Shown here piece after piece: positions 39,084-48,264 of a stretch of DNA of 64,000 nucleotides (its first letter is position 1; every line of letters starts with the position of its first letter). The notes below the pieces were generated by a model. That model saw nothing but the letters and a program-made list of their open reading frames with translations. It made no database searches and was not told the DNA's origin. The translations under genes were made by a program, and so were the position numbers. The stretch is taken from NCBI GenBank assembly GCA_024225275.1, contig JAAEMS010000279.1, forward strand, positions 31,662-95,661, given 5' to 3'. Source of the stretch: Actinomycetes bacterium. GTDB taxonomy: Bacteria > Actinomycetota > Acidimicrobiia > Acidimicrobiales > JAAEMS01.

Positions 39084-40523
39084 ATGGCCGACGAGTGGGC
39101 CTATCGGACGACCATCGAGACGGCCTCGGCCATCGCACGCGGAGAGGTATCCAGCCGCGAACTGCTCGACGCCGCCCTCGACCGGGTGAGTCGACTCGAT
39201 GGGCCGGTCAACGCGGTCGTCGCCCTCGACGCCGACCGAGCCCGAGCCGCGGCCGAGGAAGCGGACGCCGCGGTGGCCCGAGGTGATGGGTTGGGTCCCC
39301 TCCACGGGGTACCCATCACCGTCAAGGACTCGTTCCAGACCGAAGGCCTGGTCACCACATCGGGCGCACCCGAGTTGGCCGACTTCGTTCCAAAGGTCGA
39401 TGCCGACCCCGTGGCTCGGTACAAGCAAGCCGGCGCCATCGTCTTCGCCAAGACCAATGCCCCCATCTGGGCCGGTGATGCCCAGTCGTACAACGACGTC
39501 TACGGCACCACCGGTAACCCCTACGACATCGAACGCACGCCCGGCGGCTCCTCCGGAGGGTCCGGGGCCTCCCTGGCGGCCGGGTACACCCCACTCGAGG
39601 TTGGCTCCGACATCGGCGGCTCGATCCGCATCCCGTCCCACTGGAGCGGGGTCTGCGGGCACAAGCCCAGCTACGGCATCGTGTCGGCCCGAGGCCAGAT
39701 CCCCGGCATGCCCGGCACCCTCTCGCAGGCCGACATAGCGGTGGCCGGACCCATGGCCCGCGATGTCGAAGATCTCGAGCTGGCCCTGGGGCTGCTGGCC
39801 GGACCTGATAGCTGGAACGACATCGCCTACTCGCTGGACCTTCCCCCGGCCCGCCACGCCGACATCGCCGAGTTCCGGGTCGCGGTCTGGCTCGACGAGG
39901 AGAGCTGTCCGATCTCGACCGACTACCGAGACCGTCTCCTCGGGGCGGCAGCCGCCCTCGAACAGGCGGGCGCCACCGTGGACTACGAGGCCCGGCCCGC
40001 GTTCACGTTCGACAAGGGCGTCGACACCTTCATGCACCTTCTGTCGGCGGCCGAAGCCGGCACCTGGACCTTGGCCCAGCTCGAGGAGATCGCGGCAAAC
40101 GACGAGCCGCCCCAGGGTGAGCTCGGCATCTGGCACGCCGCCATGCGGCACCGGGAGTGGCTGGGGTGGAACGAGCGCCGGCTCCAGCAGCGCAACAAGT
40201 GGCGCGACTTCTTCACCGGGTTCGATGTGGTGCTTCTCCCGGTGACGCCGGTACCGGCCATTCCCCACGACCATTCGGTGCCGTTCACGGCACGAACCAT
40301 CGAGGTCGACGGGGCCGAGCGCCCTTACGCCGACATCTTCAAGTGGATGGGGCTGACCGGTGTGTCGTGGCTACCGGCCACTGTCGTTCCGGTCGGCCAG
40401 GTGGACGGGCTCCCGGTAGGAATCCAGATTGCCGGACCGTTCCTCGAAGACCGAACCACGCTGGCTGTCGGCCGCTTCCTGGAGGACGCGCTGGGTGGGT
40501 TCCGGCGACCCGAAGGGTTCTGA
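39084..40523 (+). CDS. Amidase signature family protein
   Basis: PITVKD, GGSSGG, GSDIGGSIRIP. Confidence 0.92.
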   Translation: MADEWAYRTTIETASAIARGEVSSRELLDAALDRVSRLDGPVNAVVALDADRARAAAEEADAAVARGDGLGPLHGVPITVKDSFQTEGLVTTSGAPELADFVPKVDADPVARYKQAGAIVFAKTNAPIWAGDAQSYNDVYGTTGNPYDIERTPGGSSGGSGASLAAGYTPLEVGSDIGGSIRIPSHWSGVCGHKPSYGIVSARGQIPGMPGTLSQADIAVAGPMARDVEDLELALGLLAGPDSWNDIAYSLDLPPARHADIAEFRVAVWLDEESCPISTDYRDRLLGAAAALEQAGATVDYEARPAFTFDKGVDTFMHLLSAAEAGTWTLAQLEEIAANDEPPQGELGIWHAAMRHREWLGWNERRLQQRNKWRDFFTGFDVVLLPVTPVPAIPHDHSVPFTARTIEVDGAERPYADIFKWMGLTGVSWLPATVVPVGQVDGLPVGIQIAGPFLEDRTTLAVGRFLEDALGGFRRPEGF

Positions 40524-40535
40524 GACGGGCTCGGA

Positions 40536-40564
40536 TTGACAGTATGCCTCTTTGCATACAGACT
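40536..40564 (+). promoter_or_regulatory. Sigma70-like promoter with palindromic operator
   Basis: TTGACA-17 nt-CAGACT; GTATGC-N6-GCATAC at 40542-40559. Confidence 0.5.
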
Positions 40565-40764
40565 CGGGCCAGTAGTCGGCGCGCAGTGCGGGATATGTCG
40601 ACTCGGGCGGATCTCTTGATCAGTTTCGCGATGCGCTCGTATGTTCTGGGAGTCGGCGCGGGTCACCACCACCCAACCCGAAACCCGGAGAACCATGCTT
40701 GCATGGCTCGGTTGGGCCGGGATCCACCGCCTGGGATCCCGGCCTGATCCTTTTTCGGCCACGA

Positions 40765-41062
40765 TGATGGCCATCTCCGACAAGAACCTCGATCGTGCCT
40801 CGATGGTGGGTGGTGGCTCGGTCAACACCGCGGTGCAGAACGCCCTGCTTGCCTGTCGGGCCGACGGGCTGGGCTGCGCCCTCACCACTCTCCACTGCAT
40901 TCGCGAGCCCGAGGTCAAGGCGGTGCTCGACATCCCCACGAATGGGCCACATTGGCACTCATCCCCATCGCCTACCCGGCGGGCAAGGGCCACGGCCCCA
41001 TCACCCGCCAGCCCCCGTCCGCCTTGGCCTTCGACGACACCTTCGGAACACCCTGGGGGTAG
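40765..41062 (+). pseudogene. Nitroreductase remnant (5' part missing, frameshift near 40937)
   Basis: GGGSVNTAVQNALLACRADGLGCALTT..LDIP, continuing in another frame as WATLALIPIAYP..GHGPITR. Confidence 0.75.
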
Positions 41063-41080
41063 ATCGACGATTCTGGGGAT

Positions 41081-42439
41081 TCAGCCCCAGGAGTTGGCGA
41101 GGACGGCTTCGGTGGTGCGGGCCAGGCTGAACAGGTTGGGGTCGTCCATGGGGCGACCCATGAGCATGATCCCCACGGGAGGCTCCCCGGGAGGGGTGGC
41201 GGGCACGCTGATCGAGCACGAGTCGAGGAAGTTGCCCACCGAGGTGTTGCGCAGGCACAACAGGTTGGTGCGGCTGTAGTAGGCCGGGTCACCGTCGTCG
41301 AACGACGCCATCGTGGGCGGCACGATGGCCACCGTGGGCAGCACGAAGGCATCGAACCCGCGGAGTCGCGATGAGGCGGCCCCGATCAACCGTTGCCGGG
41401 CCAGGAGCACATCGATGTAGTCGGCAGCCGAGACATCGACGCCAGGCTCGATCCGGATACGCACCCTCTGGTCGTACTGGTTTGCCCTGCTGGCCAGGAG
41501 CTCGCGGTGCCAGTGGTAGGCCTCGGCGGTGGCCAGCCCGCCCTTGGCGTTGATGGTGGGGAGCTCGTCGAGCTCAGGGAAGTCGACCTCGACGACCTCG
41601 ACCCCGGCGGCCCGCAGAGCAGCCAGCCCCGCCTCGTAGGCCCCAGCCACGGTGTCGTCGAGGTCGCTCAGGACATAGTCCTGGATGGCGGCCAGCCTCA
41701 TGCGATCGGGCGGGCGGGCGGCCGGCACGTCGGTGCCCGGGCCCCCGGCGAAGATGTCGTCGACTATGGCGCAACACTCGACGGTTCGGGCCAGGGGGCC
41801 AGCCGAGTCGAGCGAGAACGAAAGGGGCACGATGCCGTCGAGAGGGATGCGCCGGGCCGTCGGCTTGTAGCCGACGATGCCGCAGAAGGCGGCGGGGACC
41901 CGACACGAGCCTCCGGTGTCGGTGCCCAGGCCGGCGGCGGCCATACCGTCGGCCACCGCCACAGCCGTGCCCGACGACGAGCCGCCGGGAATGTGGCCGA
42001 CCTCTCGTCCCCACGGGCTACGGGGCGTGTCGTAGTGGCTGTTGAGCCCCAGCCCCGAGAAGGCGAACTCGGTCATGTTGGTGCGGCCCAGCACCACCAT
42101 TCCCGCGGCGCGCAGCCGGGCGGCCACGGGGGCGTCGGCGGCCGCCGGCGGACGGTCGCCCAGGACGGTGGAGCCGGCGGTGGACACTTCGCCCTCGATG
42201 TCGCACAGGTCCTTCACCGCCACCGGAATACCCGCGTAGGGGCCCGGGGCGGTGCCGGCCGCCCTCATCGCATCGACGGCGTCGGCAGTGGCGCGTGCCC
42301 GGTCAGCGGCCACGGTCAGGAAGGCTCGTTCCCCCTCACCGGCGGGATCGGCGATGCGGTCGAGGCATTCGTCGACCAGGGTTCGGGACCTGACCGCCCC
42401 CGATGCAAGATCGATGGCGAGCCGGACGATGGGCTTCAT
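41081..42439 (-). CDS. Amidase signature family protein (GatA/AtzE-like)
   Basis: VAVKDL, TNMTEFA, GGSSSG, GTDTGGSCRVPAA. Confidence 0.92.
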   Translation of the reverse strand: MKPIVRLAIDLASGAVRSRTLVDECLDRIADPAGEGERAFLTVAADRARATADAVDAMRAAGTAPGPYAGIPVAVKDLCDIEGEVSTAGSTVLGDRPPAAADAPVAARLRAAGMVVLGRTNMTEFAFSGLGLNSHYDTPRSPWGREVGHIPGGSSSGTAVAVADGMAAAGLGTDTGGSCRVPAAFCGIVGYKPTARRIPLDGIVPLSFSLDSAGPLARTVECCAIVDDIFAGGPGTDVPAARPPDRMRLAAIQDYVLSDLDDTVAGAYEAGLAALRAAGVEVVEVDFPELDELPTINAKGGLATAEAYHWHRELLASRANQYDQRVRIRIEPGVDVSAADYIDVLLARQRLIGAASSRLRGFDAFVLPTVAIVPPTMASFDDGDPAYYSRTNLLCLRNTSVGNFLDSCSISVPATPPGEPPVGIMLMGRPMDDPNLFSLARTTEAVLANSWG

Positions 42440-42485
42440 GGATTGTTCCTTCGGGTTGGGTCAGGCCACCAGCCAGCCACCCCGC

Positions 42486-43361
42486 CTAGATCAGGGCCGA
42501 GGCCAGCTCGCCCCAGGCCGAGGTGGGGATGTCGGTACCCGACTGGAGCACCTGGACACACACGTGTGAGGCGCCGGCGTCCTGGTGGGCCTTGACCCGG
42601 CTGGCGATGGTGTCGATGTCACCCCAGACGACGATGGCATCGACCACCCGGTCAGAGGCATTGGTGACCTCGTCCTCGGTGTAGCCCATGCGGATGAGGT
42701 TGTTGGCGTAGTTGGGCAGCCCCAGGTAGACGGCCATGTTCTTGCGGGCGATCTCGCGAGCCTTGGTGGGATCAGTCTCGAGCACGACCATCTGCTCGGT
42801 GGCCACCATCTTGTCGGGGCCCACCAGCTCGCGGGCAATGGTGGTGTGCTCGACCGGCACGAAGTAGGGGTGGGCACCGTCGGCCATTTCGGCCGACAGG
42901 GCCAGCATCTTGGGACCCAGGGCGGCCAGCACCCGACTGGGCGGCTCGGGGGGTGGGGGGCCCTTGTACATCGACTTGTCCATGCGGTCGAGGTACTCAC
43001 GCATCTTGGTGAGCGGCTTCGAGTAGTCGTGCTTGCGGACCCATTCGGTGATGGTGTGATGGCTGACACCGAGGCCCAGGAGGAAGCGGCCGTCGTAGGC
43101 CTCGTTGAGGGTGAGAGAGGCATTGGCTGTGGTCATGGGGTCGCGGGCCCAGATGCTGGCGATACCGGTGGCGACCTTCAGGTTCGGGGTGGCCCCCAGA
43201 ATCATTCCGGCGGCCACGAACGGGTCACGCGACACCGTTTCGGGGATCCACAGGCAAGGCCAACCCTGAGCGTCGAGTTCGGCCACCGCTTCCCGAACCC
43301 GTCCCGCCGGATGCCCATCGAGAGCCCCGGACCAGATGCCTACCGTGCCGATGTCGATCAT
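42486..43361 (-). CDS. LLM class (probably F420-dependent) oxidoreductase
   Basis: ATGIASIWAR, GLGVSH, LAALGPKML, GAHPY. Confidence 0.88.
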   Translation of the reverse strand: MIDIGTVGIWSGALDGHPAGRVREAVAELDAQGWPCLWIPETVSRDPFVAAGMILGATPNLKVATGIASIWARDPMTTANASLTLNEAYDGRFLLGLGVSHHTITEWVRKHDYSKPLTKMREYLDRMDKSMYKGPPPPEPPSRVLAALGPKMLALSAEMADGAHPYFVPVEHTTIARELVGPDKMVATEQMVVLETDPTKAREIARKNMAVYLGLPNYANNLIRMGYTEDEVTNASDRVVDAIVVWGDIDTIASRVKAHQDAGASHVCVQVLQSGTDIPTSAWGELASALI

Positions 43362-43583
43362 GGTCGGGAAGCTAGTGGATGACGGAGACTGGCACCCGTA
43401 CCGCTCGAGTCGATCTTCCATGTGAACGTCAATTGCTCGGATTCCGAGCTCCACCCACCCCGGGGCAACTACCGGGGCACCACGGGCGGCGAGGGGATCA
43501 TTCGCCTCTGAAGTCGAGATCGGGCCGGGCGATGTCGGTGATCTCCCGGGAGGCCACCCGGAGCTCGTGGGGCGTGGGCCGGC

Positions 43584-44298
43584 CTACAGGACGGCGATCG
43601 GGTTGACCGGTGAGCCGGTACCACCGTGCACCCTCAAGGGGGCGACGGCCAGCTGGAAGCTCCACTTCTGGTGGCGGGCGCAGGCTTCGGCCAGTCGGTC
43701 GAGCCGGAGGTTGTCGAGGAGATGAACGCCCATGGCCACCAGCACACACTGGTGAATGGGCATGGCCCAGCCGGGCGGGTGTTGCCCAGGCAGCACGTCG
43801 CTGACCCCGTCGCAGCCGAGGGATGTCGAGCAGAACCCCCCGCCCCACGATGCCGTCGCCACCGGCCATGATGCTGCCCTTGCTCGCACCGGTGCTCTTG
43901 ACCTCGGATGCCGGGAATCCGTTGTACATCTGCTGGTCGACGAAGACGTGGCACAAGGCATCGATGTGGGAGGTGGCCATGCCGTGGAAGGCAACCCCGA
44001 CGAAGTCGCCGGTGGACTCCATGTCGAGACCAGGGATCACACAGTCGTCGCCGCCCCTGGTCATCATGTGGAGGGCGGGACGGGGATTGTCCGCCGCCGG
44101 ATCTACCGGCAGCTCGCGGGCACAGCTGACGGTCTCGCCCACCGTGACCTCGGCCGCCGCGGCCCGCCGGATCTCGTCGGTGATGAAGTTGAGGGCGCCC
44201 GCTTCGTCGTCGGGGCCCCAACGGCCCCAGTTCTTCACCGACTCGAAGATCTCGCGGACCCGCTCGGCACTGACCCAGGGCTCGACGGCGACACTCAT
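43584..44298 (-). pseudogene. Cyclase / kynurenine formamidase-like gene with internal deletion and frameshift
   Basis: NWGRWGPDDEAGALN, HGMATSHIDALCH, GRGVLLDIPRLR; then other frame LGCDGVSD..LLDNL..GTGSPVNPIA; junction at 43811-43820. Confidence 0.8.
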
Positions 44299-44332
44299 GG
44301 CACGGACCCTAGCCAGTCCCATCTGAACGCGG

Positions 44333-45745
44333 TCAGGCGTGGATCGGGGGTCGGCGGCCACCCCAGGGCTGGGCCTGTTCGAGCTGAGCGGCCAGCTGGA
44401 TGAGCAGGTCCTCGCGGCCGGGGGCAGCCACCAGCTGGACGCCGATGGGGAACCCGTCGGACGAGTGGTGAAGGGGCACCGAGATGGCGGGCTGACCCGT
44501 CACGTTGAACGGCCACGTATAGGGGATGAGCGACCGGATGCGGTCACCCGAGGTGGCCCGATCGTCGAACCATCCCAGGGGGGTCGCGGTGCGGGTGAGC
44601 GTTGGGGTGACCAGGATGTCGTGACCGGCGGCCCACCATTGGGCCATCCGCAGACCGAGGTTGTCCCACCATTCGCGGGCGTGGAGGTACTCGGTGGCCG
44701 AGAGCTTCCGGCCGTACTCGGCGAACCACCAGTTGGTGGATTCGACGTCGTTCTCGGTGAGGGGACGACCAATGATCTCGGCCAGATGATCGAAGTCGAG
44801 GGCGGTGGCAGCCGCCAACACCCGGCTGAAGTTGCGGTCGGGGTCGCCCTCGGCGAGAGCCGCAGGCTGGTCCACGTCGACCCGGTGCCCCAGCTGTTCG
44901 AGGAGCTGGCCGGTGGACGTGACCGCTTCGGCCACCTCGGCATCGATGGGGACACCGTCGAGCCCAGGTGTGAGTCCGACCCTCAGCGGCCCGGGGTCGG
45001 CACCGACCAGATCGAGGTAGGGCGACGCCGGTGCCGGCATGGCGTAGCGGTCCCCCAGCTCGGGACCGGCAGCGACGTCGAGGAGGGCGGCGGTGTCGCG
45101 GACCGAGCGGCTCACCACCAACTCGATGGCCGCTCCCGCCCACACCTCGCCCGCCGGCGCGGTGCTCACCCGCCCGCGCGACGGCTTCAGACCCACCAAC
45201 CCGCACGCAGCGGCCGGGATGCGGATCGAGCCTCCACCGTCGCCCGCCGACGCCACCGGCACCAGACCTGCGGCCACCGACGCGGCTGAACCCCCGCTCG
45301 AACCGCCGGGTGAGTGCTCGGGATTCCACGGATTATGGGTGGGGCCGTAAGCCACCGGCTCGGTCGTGGGGAGGCTGCCGAGCTCGGGCGTATTGGTCTT
45401 GCCCACGGTGACGAAGCCGGCGTCGACGATGCGCCGGGCGAATGACGTGGTGACGGTGGCGTGGTGGTCGAGCTCCTTCAGCCCCAGGTTGCCCATGTGG
45501 TACGGATCGCCGGCCCGCACGCCGGAGAGGTCCTTGAACAGGAACGGCACCCCCCGAAAAGGGCCGTCGGGGAGGTCACCGGCAGCCTCGGCCCGCGCCT
45601 GTTCGAACAGAGGAATGATCACCGCGTTGAGCTCGGGATTCACTCTCTCGATCCGGTCGATCGCGCCATCCACCATTTCGGTGGGCGAAACCTCGCCACT
45701 CCGTATGGCCTCGGCCGCCCCAGTTGCGTCAACGAACTCGGTCAA
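44333..45745 (-). CDS. Amidase signature family protein
   Basis: GVPFLFKD, GKTNTPE, GGSSGGS, DGGGSIRIPA; TTG start with SD. Confidence 0.92.
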   Translation of the reverse strand: MTEFVDATGAAEAIRSGEVSPTEMVDGAIDRIERVNPELNAVIIPLFEQARAEAAGDLPDGPFRGVPFLFKDLSGVRAGDPYHMGNLGLKELDHHATVTTSFARRIVDAGFVTVGKTNTPELGSLPTTEPVAYGPTHNPWNPEHSPGGSSGGSAASVAAGLVPVASAGDGGGSIRIPAAACGLVGLKPSRGRVSTAPAGEVWAGAAIELVVSRSVRDTAALLDVAAGPELGDRYAMPAPASPYLDLVGADPGPLRVGLTPGLDGVPIDAEVAEAVTSTGQLLEQLGHRVDVDQPAALAEGDPDRNFSRVLAAATALDFDHLAEIIGRPLTENDVESTNWWFAEYGRKLSATEYLHAREWWDNLGLRMAQWWAAGHDILVTPTLTRTATPLGWFDDRATSGDRIRSLIPYTWPFNVTGQPAISVPLHHSSDGFPIGVQLVAAPGREDLLIQLAAQLEQAQPWGGRRPPIHA

Positions 45746-45825
45746 GACGACTCCTCTCGATGAGTGTTGCCCCGGAAGCTATCCTGACGGGGAACTAGCG
45801 TGCTCCAAAACCCACGAGGAGAGCC

Positions 45826-46413
45826 ATGACCTACCCCACGACATACGACGTCGAGACCCCGGAGAAGATGGCCAACTGGAGACCATTGGTCCAATGGTTC
45901 CTGGCCATCCCCCACCTGATCATCGTCAATGTGCTCGAGAACGTGGCCGGAGTGGTGGCCTTCATCTCATGGTTCGTGATCCTCTTCACCGGGAAGCTGC
46001 CCGAAGGACTGGCCAACCTCCAGATGATGTTCCTCCGGTACCAGGCCCGCACCGGCGCCTATGCCGGCTTCCTTCACGACCAGTACCCGCCCTTCGAGTT
46101 CTCGACCACGGCGGCCGAACCCGGAGGCAACCCGGTGGCGGTAACTTTCGAGCCGACCCTCGAGAACCGCAACCGACTCACGGTCGGGCTCCGCATCATC
46201 TGGGCCATCCCCATCATGCTGTTCATGATGGTCGTGGGGTTTGTCGCCTTCTTCGCCTGGATTGCCGCCTTCTTCGCCGTGCTGTTCACCGGCCGCTGGC
46301 CTGCCGGGCTCCTCGACTTCGTCGTGAAAGTCAACCGCCTGTCAATCCGGGTCGGCGCCTACCTGTTCCTGCTCACCGACGAATACCCGCCGTTCGAGCT
46401 CCCCACCGACTGA
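45826..46413 (+). CDS. DUF4389 membrane protein
   Basis: Two repeats LAIPH..ILFTG..YPPF / WAIP..LFTGRWP..TDEYPPF. Confidence 0.85.
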   Translation: MTYPTTYDVETPEKMANWRPLVQWFLAIPHLIIVNVLENVAGVVAFISWFVILFTGKLPEGLANLQMMFLRYQARTGAYAGFLHDQYPPFEFSTTAAEPGGNPVAVTFEPTLENRNRLTVGLRIIWAIPIMLFMMVVGFVAFFAWIAAFFAVLFTGRWPAGLLDFVVKVNRLSIRVGAYLFLLTDEYPPFELPTD

Positions 46414-46458
46414 GCCGGCCGTGCTCGACCCTGTTCGTCCCCCGCTCCACATCGACGA

Positions 46459-46762
46459 CTCGGCCATAGCGTGGCGCCAGTTCCCCGGCTGGCGTTCGAG
46501 CGTCGCCCACCTCGACGTCGGCGCTGGTCGTGCCCATACCGACCCGGTGGTGTGGAAGTTCGTGTAGCGGAGACCCCTGGCGGGCCAGATTGTCGAGCAC
46601 CGGCGTGTGAATCTCCGATCCGAAGCACCGGAAATCACCGAAGCCGTCGTCGTCGAACACCACGAACACCACCTTCAGCGTGCCGGGCGACGCCACCACC
46701 GGATCGGGCCACCAGGGCTCGGACTCGTGAATGGTGGAGCCGATCCTCCCCTCGAATTCCTC
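46459..46762 (-). pseudogene. Arylsulfatase N-terminal remnant
   Basis: FEGRIGSTIHESEPWWP..DDDGF..GSEIHTPVLD..LRYTNFHTT / HHRVGMG spread over shifting frames; CxPxR absent; 3' boundary approximate. Confidence 0.7.
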
Positions 46763-47669
46763 ACATCGACTCGGCCACCGCGACCGTTCGTTCAACGAGC
46801 TCGTCCAGGGCCAGCTCGCCCATGCCGGCCAGGCTGACCTCGACCCGACCGTTCCACGGCTCGGTCCACGGCAAGGGCACGGCGCGACCCGACAGCCCCC
46901 AAAGGCCACCCACGGCGGCCGCGTTGCAGTCGGTGTCCCAGCCGGCCGCCACGGTGTCGCCCACCGCGGCTCCGAAGTCGTCGCCGGCGGCCACCAGACC
47001 CCACACGACCAGGGCCAGATTGTTGACGGTGTGTACCGGCGAGAGGTGGTCGTAGCGCCGATGGATCTCGCCCGGCCCGGCACCTGATGCCGCGACCTCG
47101 AGAGCCAGCCGCATGGCGTCGGCGCAGTCGGAGGTGGCGGGGAGCAGGTCGAGGGCGGCCGACACCGCGCCTACCGCGTCGTGGGCCTCGGGCAGTGCCG
47201 CTGCGATGGCGGCGACGGCCATGGCCCCGGTGAGAGAGCTCGGCGTCGCGGCGGGCCAGATCGGCGGCCTGGTCGGGGTGGCCAGGCAGAACCCAGCCGT
47301 AGAGGTCGGCCCGGATCTGAGCGCCGATCCAGTGGTTGAACTCATTGTCACTGCACTCGGCCAGATCGAACCCGGGCTCGGCACCGGTCGGGAATCCATA
47401 GCTCGACTTCTGGAGCAGGGTCACCAGGGCCGACCGTTCGGCGGTGAACACGATGCCGCCCGGCAGGTAGCGCAGCCACGCCCGGGCCACGTCGGCGGTG
47501 GCGAGATCGGCGCCCTTCTCCTCGAGCATCAGCAGGGACAGCACCGAGTAGTTGATGTCGTCGTCGGGCTCGGCCCGGTCGAACTGGCCGCGACAGCCTT
47601 GCCGAGCTGACACCCACTGATCCGCCCCTGCCAGGCCGATCGGATGCGGTCGCGCAGATCGATCTCCAT
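46761..47669 (-). pseudogene. ADP-ribosylglycohydrolase family pseudogene
   Basis: Three pieces: GRISGCQLGKAV / EPDDDINY..WIGAQIRAD..SHR / GWDTDCNAA. Confidence 0.78.
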
Positions 47670-47671
47670 GG

Positions 47672-48142
47672 TCACACTCGGGCTGGCAGCGGACAGGAGG
47701 TCAGCTCGTAGGTGGCCAGCCGTTGGCGTAGGGCGGCCAGCAACAACCCGATGGCCAGCAGACCCACCAGGGGTTGAACCGGCTCCCACCAGCTCAACGC
47801 CCCCGACACGCCGACCAGCGCCACCACCATCTGGTTGCACACCGGGCATCCGACGGCGAGGAACGACACGAAGCCACCCCACACCGTGCGGGTCTGCTGG
47901 GCCTCGTCGCGCTCGGCCTCACCGTCGAGCCGGATGGCGAACACCAGGCCGATGAGGGCGGTGGTGACGGCCAGGATCAGGTAGTCGATGCCCCGGACCG
48001 GCACCGGCCGGCCGAAGATCGGGGTATCGATCAGATCGGCCGGCACCCCTATGACCACCGCCGCCACGAGGGCGATGGGCACCGCCCTCAGGTAGGTACG
48101 CCCGGGTAGGGACCGCAGCTGGGAAAGGGTCGAACCGGGCAC
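47672..48142 (-). CDS. Hypothetical membrane protein with GCPVCN motif
   Basis: About four hydrophobic segments; AVGCPVCN; C-terminal SCP. Confidence 0.7.
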   Translation of the reverse strand: MPGSTLSQLRSLPGRTYLRAVPIALVAAVVIGVPADLIDTPIFGRPVPVRGIDYLILAVTTALIGLVFAIRLDGEAERDEAQQTRTVWGGFVSFLAVGCPVCNQMVVALVGVSGALSWWEPVQPLVGLLAIGLLLAALRQRLATYELTSCPLPARV

Positions 48143-48264
48143 CCGACGGACCGTAGCGCGCCACCGCGGTCCTTGGTTCTCGGCTCATCGGTCCGACGCC
48201 GACGACTGTCTCTTCTCGGTGAAGATCACCGCGGGGTGCCAGGACGCCCCCGCCCAGCTGCGCC

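Noticed and set aside
43362-43583. Hidden gene or ncRNA in this intergenic gap
   Set aside because: No recognisable motif, RBS-backed ORF or strong structure
43584-44298. Programmed frameshift in the cyclase gene (or the other split genes)
   Set aside because: No slippery heptamer seen, and conserved internal segments are missing, so decay fits better
46761-47669. ADP-ribosylation toxin-antitoxin or defence system
   Set aside because: The gene is broken and no partner ADP-ribosyltransferase is visible
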